A stretch of 61,086 bases of DNA, the filler included, from Bipalium vagum (lineage: Eukaryota): NCBI GenBank assembly GCA_037834085.1. It is 3 parts of 3 records of this genome, joined end to end, with 100 filler letters (N's around TTAATTAATTAA, not from the genome) between each part and the next. Parts side by side here need not be neighbours in the genome. Positions count along the whole stretch, not along the records: positions 1 to 20,512 come from JBBMKC010251446.1; positions 20,613 to 41,051 come from JBBMKC010253072.1; 1 more part is not named here. One strand, given 5' to 3'. The notes under the pieces are model-generated. The model ran no database searches. It was given only the letters and a program-made list of their open reading frames with translations, and was not told the DNA's origin. The position numbers and the translations under genes were made by a program. This document shows, in pieces, positions 12,501 through 22,720 of the stretch (the stretch's first letter is position 1; each line of letters opens with the position of its first letter).

Positions 12501-14077
12501 AAATACTAAATTAAAGTGCAAATAACTCATGACAAAAGTCAATTTTTAAAAATACATAAGCGTTTCCCATTATTATGCTAACTAAGAAATCGATCCAGGT
12601 TAAAAACATCAAAACAAATAAATTTATAAGCCAAGGGCTTCTGAGAGACATTTTCTTACCAATCAAATAGCACTAAATAATAAATGATATGAAAAAACAA
12701 ATAAACATTAAAAATCTCTGAAACTTTTTATACCTGAAAAATGGCATCAAGCAATATGAAAACAAGAAATATTCCTTCAAAAACCATTGTCAAAATAGGT
12801 GAAATTACAATTCGATCCACAGTTCCATTTATATTTACATCTGAACTTGTACTGATTGATGATGGAAACTCCAAAAATGCAAGGCAGTGCAATCCAACAA
12901 TGCTAATGAGAAAAGGATATGACCATATTTTAGAATAAAGCAAGTTGTATAATTTTAAGCCGTTTTTATCAATTCTGTGATGAATAGATCGATACTATGA
13001 TATTCAATTAATAATGTAAAATGACAAAGTAGGACTTTACTTCTTCAGCATCATCTAAGAAACATTCTGCCTGCTGCTCAGATAATCCTGAACATAAAGT
13101 TATCTTAAATTTTCATTTCAAAATAGCACTAGTTAAATAAATTGTTTTACTTTACTTCAAAAAGTCTCAATTCTATTGTTAAATAAAACTTGATTTGTTC
13201 GTTAAAATACTGAATCATGTATGATGTCACATTCAGAATTAAAGAAATTTTGATCATTCAAATAATATTTTAATAATCGAAATCATAATGAAACACATTT
13301 TTACACTGCCAAAGATCTTGGTGACCTGCCATTTTAGTTTTTAATGTCTTTTCATTAATCAGTTAGGTTATTTTATGAGTTATATATATGAATGTATATT
13401 TTTATTACTGACGGTATTTCAAAGTAGATAATTCCTTTGTATTACACTAAATGAATACTTAACCTTCTATTGGTGGACCTCACTTGTTATGTCATTTATG
13501 ACTTTTCATTATAGCTCCACGATCTTTTCGATTTGAAATATTTTCAGAATTAGAATTGCTTCAATAATGAATCAGCTTCTTTCAATTAAAAAGAAAGTTG
13601 TAAAATATGTTTCAAACCTCGTGATTAAAATCATTCCAATAAAAGTGCAGCAATGCTATTTTGTGACTTTCATAGCAAGAGTCAATACACAACCAGATGG
13701 TATATATAAAAAATCATTAAAAAAAATTGATAATACAGTTGTAATTTTTGTACAAAATTTGTTATACAAAAATTTCTTCTCTGTCAGTGAAAATAATCAG
13801 AGTAGAAAGAATGATTTTTTATTTAAAATTTAAGTTATTTAGAAAATCAATAATAAATCAATGAAAAATGTAATGAAATACTAATGGACAAAAGGAAAAT
13901 TTTACAAAATCATTTCATGGTACAAAATTTAGCTGCTATGTAATTTTAAGTGTTATTTTCAAAATTTAGTCTATTATTTTAAAGATTTTAAATTGGGTTA
14001 CTAATTTTCTATATCATAAATAACAAAAACTACTCACTGGAATATATCAGATTGTGTGAAGATTCGGATGGAGACAT
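3050..14077 (-). CDS. TPCN2: Two-pore channel 2 (endolysosomal cation channel), 17 exons in window, 3' exons (IIS6, C-terminus) not found in window
   Basis: Phase-consistent GT-AG exons: 14077-14038, 13087-13041, 12994-12734, 12672-12556, 12505-12320, 10543-10462, 10409-10279, 9387-9290, 9240-9159, 9110-9021, 6956-6837, 6787-6734, 4812-4684, 4640-4603, 3541-3290, 3247-3184, 3138-3050 (about 626 codons). Diagnostic motifs: FLDDAEEYRSIHHRID, AFLEFPSS, LRRFFRPFF, LMKKVLK, LLTTANNPD, SMQTSLIRRR, SLWDLPRI, CGTFQQLDY, LIVNNWQVF. Confidence 0.93.
5440..6188 (-). mobile_element. Decayed mariner element in a TPC2 intron
   Basis: Minus-strand remnants such as ARNWFQKF and a degenerate SGRP motif, with many stops; TIR-like end ttatttgggcatctaata at about 6170-6188. 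Confidence 0.6.
6528..6594. repeat. (AAT)n microsatellite
   Basis: About 22 perfect AAT units. Confidence 0.95.
7250..8050 (+). mobile_element. Decayed Tc1/mariner (DD41D/rosa-like) transposase in a TPC2 intron
   Basis: FQQDRGPEYYSLAVRKWVDKKVSGR*LWRRYQIKWAARSPDLSPLGFPLYGILKQKV. Confidence 0.7.
10748..11641 (+). mobile_element. Internally deleted Tc1-like element with long (~150 bp) imperfect inverted repeats
   Basis: gttaactaatacc...aattacaatagaataaacatgaataaatac is mirrored by gtatttgttcatgtttattctattgtaatt...ggtattagttaac; internal remnants HDNAPCH, NSIENRW, KAKGGSTNY*. Confidence 0.75.
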
Positions 14078-14366
14078 CTATAACATATTTGATATTAAAA
14101 GCTTTATATTATATCAAAAATAAAATCTTAAAATAAACTTTAATAGAATATTTACATAAATTTTTCCTTTACACATTTTTAATAAGTTTTATGAATTGAA
14201 AAAAACTAACACCTCCATAAAAACGAAATTTATTCATAAATTTCATTTGAGATACCATATAATATTCCAATTAACAAAATCTAAATAGAATTGATTTTAT
14301 AATAACATTTCTAAATATCATCCAATTTTAGTTAAGTTAAACAATTAACTAATTCTACATTATTTT

Positions 14367-16120
14367 ATGTCAATGTCATTAAGTCTTGAGAAATGTGCTT
14401 TCTATTTTATGTTTCTGTATATATAAATCTTCATTTACGATTAAGCAGCTAGTCAACTCATTCTACATGAAATGTGTAAATTCTTATTCTTAGATTAGCG
14501 TTTATGAAATCTTTGTACAAAGATGTTACCAACCAACTAGCATACGAAATTGCACTTGCTAATAATATATTGGAAATATTTTCACAGATGCAATTCGATG
14601 AAATAAATACCCTGTTAATTACAACAAACAAACTGCAACAATCGGCAGTCACACTAAATCAACAAATGCTCAGGCAGTCTCAACAAAAGCAACAAACTGC
14701 TCAGGTATTCTAAAAACAATACACCCCTTATTAAAAAGCTGTGCCAATGTAAACCCTGGTCAGTAAAATAAAACTATCAAAATAAAACATTACTTTTTTA
14801 TTCTTGGCAATTTTCTTGGCCAAAAATAATGAATTTTCGACGGCTTATATACTATTTTACTGTTTGTTTTAGTGTCTCTGGTTGACTAGTTAAGCTGTCA
14901 AGCATGACGTACTTTCTAATTTTATATATTACTAAAAATAAAATAAATTTCTAATTTTTTTGAAAATTATAATTTTAGAAATACATGCTACTGATAAAAA
15001 AGCAGTAGTTGATTCTAAAATAATATTTAATAATTAATTAAATAATTTAAAATTAATAATTATTAATTAAAATACGTAATTTTAAATTAGTCAGCATATT
15101 ATCTAAAATTTATTTTTCGCCAAAATTTTATTAACAGAAACTTATAATATGAGTCGAACCTGAACAGACTCATAAAAATATATTGTTAGAATATATTAGA
15201 GTTTAGTAAAAAGAAGTAAATTTTATATTCTACAACCTGTGTGTTTACTCTAATTATTTAAATATAATAAAAAATAATTTATATTTCATAGCACTTATTA
15301 GATTGAATTCATATATCAAAATTATAAAACTTATAAATCATTGCTTTGATGGTTTTAATAAGATTGAGATTTATGAAATAACATTGAACTGTCAGACTGC
15401 TGTTGAAGTTTTGGACCTACTATCCATTTTAATTCTAATCATCAGATTAGGTCTGTTTTATTAATAATTAAATTTCTCTTTAGTTACCTTTTTGAAAATA
15501 TTAACGTATTGTTAAACATTTATAAATTTATAATAATTTATTTTCCTCGATAACAAATATGAATATTAAAAAAAATTAGCTACCAAGCCATCTGAATTCT
15601 ATATTATTATACATATATTAATTAAATATTTTTTGATTCTATATATTTTTGATTCTAAAAATCTTTACCTTAAATTTACCGCATTTTTTCTGATTCTAAT
15701 GATATTTTTTTCTATAAAGATAATTTATGCCAATTTCTTATATTTTGATATTTTAGTAGATCTACAACTAATTTGATCACACTGATGAATGATGACGGTA
15801 TAACCAGTGATTCCAGTAAGGATCATGGAGGTCCTTTCAAAGAAAATGATACCTTTGGAAAATTTATGGAAATTCTATCTTCTGAATATACATGGGTAAT
15901 CTCAGGGTGTATCGAGTATTCAGTTGGAAATAAGGTCTTCAGAAGGTTACATCTTTCTTTATTGAGTGGTGAGTATAGGGACTCAAATTTTTTGTGGGCT
16001 GGTCTAAATCAAATTTCTCGAACACCTGTGGAAATCAAAAAGAAAGAGAAAATGATTCAATTCAATCCAACTAATGAATTCAAGAATGTAGTCACCAAAG
16101 GCACTAAGTCCGCTAAATAG
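14367..16120 (+). CDS. Possible orphan multi-exon gene divergent from TPC2 (structure uncertain)
   Basis: Candidate exons 14367-14410 and 14494-14704 (phase-consistent, CAG|GT) and ~15757-16120 (115-aa open frame after a polypyrimidine-AG). The phase between the last two is unresolved; no family recognised. Confidence 0.35.
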
Positions 16121-16244
16121 TCTAGAAAAATATAATAATTATTATTATTATCATAAATTAATTATAAAGGTGCTAAAGGTTGTGAAATGGTATAGCAATA
16201 ATTCCAATGATAATAATAATAATAATAATATATATAATAATATA

Positions 16245-17689
16245 TAATATAATATTTTTTGCCCACCCTTAAAAAACGTTATATTTAAAAATATATTTGC
16301 TGTTTAATCAAATAAACTTATGTATATTAGAAATATAAAGTATTCATAAAATTTTCAAGTTAAATATTTTAACATTTGTTTAAATATTCAATTATTTATC
16401 TTATACAAGTTCAAATTTATTGGCCACCATATCTGATTTTAAGTCAATCTTTGATTTTATAAGAAATAAATATTTTATTTATAAATTATATATTTAGTTA
16501 TGAAGACTGATGATCAAAAAAACGAAGTTTTATTTTTACGAGAAGAAGGATGGGCTTATTCAAAAATTTTGAAGAAAGCAAAATTATCCAAAAATTGTGT
16601 TAGGGGTATATGCCGAAAACGAGCAGTAAAGAAGCAAATGAAAAGAGGAACGAAGCCTAAAATAAATGCAGCCATTAAGTTAAGAATTAAGAGGCAAATA
16701 TACAATTTGAAGAACAATGGTGAAAAGGTAAATTGTAAAAAATTGATTAATACCTGTGAAATTCAAGCTTCACAATTCACCATTGCACGTTACCTTATGA
16801 AACAAAACATGAAATACAAGAAAACAAGAAAAAGTTTACCACTTAAACCATTGGACAAGGCTAAACTGTGTGATTTAGCGAAGAAGTGGTTGGCAGAAAA
16901 TCACCTATGGAAGCGAATCATTTTTTCAGACGAAAAGTGGTTCTCCCTTGATGGGCCAAATGACTGGAGAAGTTACATAAAAAAATCAGAAATCAGTTTT
17001 CGTCCTTGGGATCAGAAGAAAGGTGGTGGAATTATGGTATGGGGCATGGTTCTCCCAAATGGTCTGTTATCTTTTAGAATATTAAATAGAGACTAAAAAG
17101 TCAGTATTACATAGATTTACTTTGCCAAACTATTGTACCAATTTCTAAATTGAATTATGGGGACAACCTCTGGTTCCAACAGGACAATTCCAGAATCCAT
17201 ACGGCAAGGATCGTTCAAAAATGGATGGATATTGCCAACTTCCAAGTATTACCATGGCCTCCTCGATCTCCAGGCTTGAATATAATGGAAAATGTTTGGA
17301 AGATGACATCTATGACAGGTCACCAATTATGTCTGTAGAAGATTTAACGGAAGGAATATGGAAAGCCTTTCACTTGATCAATAGGACCAAACGAGGAGTT
17401 ATTAAAGATCTTTATGATACTTTTAGAGGATGTTTAGTGAAAGTAATTGTAAAAAATGGTGATCAAATAAATAATTAATTGTGTGTTGCTTTTTGTCAAG
17501 GGGTGGCCAATAATTATGCACATATGAAAAATAAAATTTTGTAAACATCAAATATAAAAGTTCAAAACTATAATTTAAAAGCGCGGAAAACAACTTTTAA
17601 CATTTTTCGATAAAAATACTTAACAGAAAAGTTGTTTAAAATGATTAAAATCGCCTTTTTCAAGGTGGCCAATAAATTTGCTTATCAGT
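16245..17689 (+). mobile_element. Near full-length Tc1 (DD34E) element with IR/DR-type ends; transposase 16500-17478 broken by frameshifts
   Basis: IIFSDEKWF, FQQDN and SPGLNIMEN with 34 residues between D and E; aaatttattggccacc-like motif at ~16255 and 16415, inverted at ~17502 and ~17664; flanked by AAT repeats. Confidence 0.9.
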
Positions 17690-17702
17690 ATATAATAATA
17701 AC

Positions 17703-17744
<42 letters not shown>

Positions 17745-17747
17745 TGA

Positions 17748-18090
17748 TTTTCTTATCTTTGGTGGTCTAATCTTGACAAAATCGAATGTCTAATTGCCAA
17801 GATTTGATCAGGGACCACAATTAGAGACCGATTAAACAATACGTGCCCAAAAAGAAAATTGACATTCCAAATTAAGAATAGTCGTTTAATCAGTTTAAAA
17901 GACACTGGAATCCTTAATCGACTGCTACAAAAATTTACTAGTTTATATTATAAGAAAAGAGTTGTGATTTTGTGTTTGTACGTCAGTAGAATCAATTTAT
18001 TTATTTGTCGGAAGAAAATTGCTGATAAATATTTTTTGTTATATCTATTTTATATATGGCAGATGCCAACGGTGAGTCCTGTGCTGTCAT
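17748..18090 (+). repeat. LTR-like dispersed repeat, truncated copy related to 52935-53331
   Basis: Shared blocks aatcttgacaa..aattgccaagatt.gatc, tgacattc and gtcctgtgctgt. Confidence 0.55.
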
Positions 18091-18094
18091 AGAG

Positions 18095-19030
18095 TTTATT
18101 TATTGATTGTTCCTAGTATCACTCCTGGTCATACTTTATATTGATTCCCGCTTTTAATATTCTTTTTGTAGTCTCTCCTGCAATATGATTTTATAATTCT
18201 CTTTCACTACATATTGCGAAAAAGTCTTCATGTATTCTAAATCAATTGACATATTGTCATTTTAAGTACATTAAATGGAGCAGTGTTTCCTTTATTATTG
18301 GATGAATTCCATTCCGATGCACAGTCATAATAATATATATACATCTCAGTCTACCTGCTGCTTATCGTATAGATCGATAACATTTTTTGTAGTTGTTTCA
18401 TGAAATCCTTTCACTATTCCATCCGTTTGCGGCACATACGGTGTTTATATTGAGTTTTAAAGTCGCCAATAACTCTCATATTTCTTTGATTAACTCGTTC
18501 ATAAAATTCGTTGCTCTACCTGTTAACAATTTTGCGGTGCTCCATACTTAAAAAAATTTCCCCTACAACGATTTTACTTATTGTTACGGCTTTTTGATTC
18601 TTCATATGCTACTGATCATTTGGTGAAATATTCACAAACCACAATGATAAAAGGGATTTTCTGTTAGCGTTTCTGACAATAGAAGCAAGATATTTATTAC
18701 TACCATTTCCATTAGTGTCAAAATTGTTCTATTGGATTTAAGAGAAACTTTTGTTCTTGGTCCGATTCCTATTCTTGTTAAACAAATTTCTCAAGACTGG
18801 TAAATTCCTGTTATCCTGCTACATTTTCGACCAGAAATACTTCCTTGAAATCCTATAGATTTTTATCACTGACAAGTATCTTCCCGACTCTCCATCATGA
18901 TACTACACCATAATTTGATCCATGTCTTTGGTTGATAGTTTGTAACACAGCTCGTTGTCCTCCATTTAATAATACAAAATTATCTTCTTTAAGCCCAATT
19001 ATACTCCAATTTCCTCTAAATATTTTTTAT
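18095..19030 (-). mobile_element. Decayed Ty3/gypsy integrase
   Basis: Minus-strand TPYVPQTDG (cf. TPYHPQTDG) with upstream integrase-core-like remnants; many stops and frameshifts. Confidence 0.65.
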
Positions 19031-20000
19031 CCTTCCGAAATGTCTCCTCTCATGTCTCCTTTAATTAATTCGATATAGTTCTCAATATAAGAAACTTGAA
19101 ATTGACATAACCAATACTGCAACATCAAGATTGTACTTCTCATTCACATCATACTATCCGTTGTTATCATTATTACACTTATTACTCTACTTAATAATCA
19201 GAAAATATTATTCAATTTTGATTTAATCTCGAACTATTATCTGACTTGCTATCAAACTTTTTATATTTATATCTCTCTCAGTAATTGCAGGTTTGCAACG
19301 CTGGCAAAACAAACAGAAACAAATAATTTATAGAATTTATGTTAATCAACACAAACAGTAAACTTTAGTCGGTTCTAATTTTTTCTTCAGTCTAGTTTCA
19401 ATTTCGCTTTGATTTTTTAGTTCAATACAATTTCGTCTAAATTCCGCTTCTTGTCAACTCGTTTCAATTCAAATTCTACTTTCGTTCCTAATATATTTTT
19501 TTCAACTCAACTTCTTTTCAATTTCTAACTACTTAATTTTCACTTAGCTCTACCCAAATATTGTTTTTTCACTCTTGATTCTAACTTTTTCTACTGAATG
19601 TAGAAACTCTGTTATTCCATTAAATAGACGTTTTAGAACTTCTCTACCAGCTAATCGCTGCTGCAATTCAGGAATATCCTCACTCTTTCTCATTTTCCAT
19701 TTACTAATGCAGTATCGGGAGAAATCAAACGCATTTGACTAAGTTAAATAATTAATTTAAATCTCTTGTCACAATCTATTTCGATTTTCATTCAGTCATC
19801 TGAATATGGACTCTTAAAAGCTCTTAATTCGATCAATTTTTATTTTTCATTAGTATTAACAATTTCGAAAATTTTTTTATTAGTTACTTATATTTTGATT
19901 ATTATTACTATTGTTGAGGCTCAACTCCTATCTATTAACCTTTTGTAAATATAATTTTTGGCAAAAAAAATTAATTAACATACTGGTTAATTCAAAACCA

Positions 20001-20134
20001 TGTATTTTAATTATTAATTCAAATAAATAAAATAATTTTTAAAAAATAAATTAAAAATATTATTTTATGTATTTTAATTATTAATTCAAATAAATAAAAT
20101 AATTTTTAAAAAATAAATTAAAAATATTATTTTA
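20001..20134. repeat. Perfect 67-bp tandem duplication
   Basis: 20001-20067 is identical to 20068-20134. Confidence 0.9.
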
Positions 20135-20512
20135 GGATGACAAGCTACTGATTTTTTAAGTTCCAGATCCTTGAAAATAGATTTTACTTCATCTCTACGA
20201 TGACAAAGTGCAAAGCCCATCATTAGGAATGATTTTTTATTTTAAAAAGTATTTTTAAGTTTCATCCATACTTTCTTGTAATGTATAATAGTTTCAGTTG
20301 TAGTCAATCATGATTTTTCATTTGAGAAGACTGTGGAGACTACGACCAAACAAGATTCCAAAAACACAATCAGCACCCAATTCGTGAACGTATCGATAAA
20401 CTTTTTGTGCTTATAACTTTGTGATTACCAACACTTTATACCTTTGTTTGTGATTATCAACAACACTTTCCAACTTTGTGATTTCATAAAAGTGCATGTA
20501 ACTTTATTTATT

Positions 20513-20612
20513 NNNNNNNNNNNNNNNNNNNNNNNNNNNNNNNNNNNNNNNNNNNNTTAATTAATTAANNNNNNNNNNNNNNNNNNNNNNNNNNNNNNNN
20601 NNNNNNNNNNNN
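20513..20612. other. Assembly gap: 100-nt N spacer with central TTAATTAATTAA
   Basis: N run with a six-frame-stop 12-mer; identical design at 41052-41151. Confidence 0.97.
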
Positions 20613-21554
20613 ATATATATGCATTAAAAAAATATAATAATATTAATTATAACAATAATTATATTATTATGAATACTAAAATTCTATTAATATGTAATAT
20701 AATTTTTTATTAAATAAAAATAACAATAAAAAATAATAAAAACAATCATAATATTTATAAAATATTTATTTAATTTCTTTTAGCTTATCCGCGTGAAACA
20801 GTCTTCGAAATTTACTTTGTGCAGTAAGCAAAACGGTAAATGTTACGGCCATGTTTCTGTCATTTGCTAATTAAAATTCATTGTAAAATAATATTTAATT
20901 TTCAATGTACATGTCTTTTTTCTGGTTTATTTAAGAAGACGGGGCTTATCAAGGTAAGAATTCTCAGCCTCTGCCGCTGCCGGCGTTTTACTTTGCGAGT
21001 AATTTCTTTTAGAATAACTCTTTTCATGAGACATGAAAACATCAGACCAAACCCAGTCCGAACTTGTTTTAATAAGAACAGTGCTAAATAAGGGGGTACG
21101 GCCGTTTCAGTTTTCACAGTATTTGCCTATTATGTAACTGTAGAAATCTTGGTAAACATGATTATGAAGATGTAATTTAAGAATTACACTATCCCTTTCC
21201 ACTGATATAATTAAACGTTGTTTATTTTAAGCTGTAGATTAAAGGTAGATTTTTTTAAAAATTGGATAAGTATTATTTAATTTTGTATAGTATTTGACTA
21301 AAAGTCCCAAATATTCGAATATGGAGTTTACGATAGAAGGAACCGTGAAGGAAGTCTACCTTCCAATTTTTAGAACATTTTGTTGATGGGTTTTAATAAT
21401 ATTATTATTATATAATTAAAATTTCGAGTACGTAATGATATTTCATTTCTTTAATTATCCTACAACTTCTTAATCTTTAATTGTTAATGGTTTTTCCATG
21501 AAATTAAGATGGAAAAATATTATTAATGGCAAAAATTAATAAAATGAATATATA

Positions 21555-21762
21555 CAGGGTGTTTCATAAATATGATACGTGTTTAAAACAAAAATAATCA
21601 ACTAATTTTCAACCGAATTTATTAATCAAAGCGTTTTTTATGAAATATTTATATTTTCCCAATTATTTATCTACAATAATATATAAAAATGATTCATATT
21701 CATTGACAAATTGATTAATTTTCATTTGTTTAAACGTGTATACATATTTATCAAACACCATG
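21555..21762. mobile_element. Tc1/mariner-derived MITE (~208 bp)
   Basis: TA|cagggtgtttcataaatatgatacgtgtttaaa ... tttaaacgtgtatacatatttatcaaacaccatg|TA; imperfect TIRs and TA target-site duplication. Confidence 0.8.
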
Positions 21763-21899
21763 TATTATGTTAATATTTTTTAATGCTACTAATTAATCAA
21801 GTATTAATAAATAAATTGCAGGTTTAGTTTTATTAAAGAGCAAAATTTTATATTTTATTCTCATTGAACTATTTTCAAACTGATTGGTTATTTGAACAG

Positions 21900-22720
21900 C
21901 CTTGTGTACTTATAGTATTAGATTGTAACATAATTCTTCGTGATTTCCACTAATAAAAATCTGTGAATAGCAATTGAAAATGATGATGCCACATACTCAA
22001 AATTCTCGTGATATTTTCCCATCTGATTACCATCTTTTTTTTGTCATGTCAAGCTAAAAGCATTTCAAAGTAGAAAACGATTGATTGGAAAATATGAATA
22101 TTTCTCAACTCTTTTTAAAGCGATCTAAAAACTTTTATCCCATTGGAAACATATTGTTAATTGTAAGGGAGATTTCCTTAATTAAAAATTTTTATTTATA
22201 TATATTTTAATATAAATTATTATTTTATTTTTAGTTGTTGTGAATATTCCATTACTCTGAGATTAAACTAATTTAATCTTTAGGCTTGTAATTTGAGATG
22301 AAATTTTGATTGATCACTTTTTTCCAAAATCCAAAGACAAGCGTAAAGAATGGACTGAGACGGATTGGTAACGTTTAAAGCAATCGAAAAGAACCAGATC
22401 ACTCAAAATGGTTTAGCATCAGTTTTTGGCTATGGGAAAAGAATTTTGTTAATTGATCATCTCTAAAACCATAGTACACTGATCAGAAAATATTATTCAA
22501 GTCTTGGACCATCTGGATAAAGGTATTCATGCTAAAAGCCCGGCTTAGATAGAAATAATATTCCATCAGGTCATTGAAAAATTATGGTGTCACAGCAGTT
22601 GCAGAATGGTATTTCGAAAGTCTCCCAGAAAATCACTTAAGAAATTTGACTCTGCAGTTGGAGAATCATTGGGAGAGGTGTGATCTTAAAATAATTATAA
22701 TTAAACATGAAAGTGCAATT
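21900..22720. mobile_element. Fragmented mariner relics (both orientations)
   Basis: Degenerate mariner-like remnants (DE..I, MVLASVF..GKRILLIDHL) with stops. Confidence 0.45.

Noticed and set aside
20513-20612. Palindromic TTAATTAATTAA inside N runs (also 41052-41151)
   Set aside because: Identical artificial six-frame-stop scaffold spacer, not biology; adjacency across the gaps is therefore uncertain
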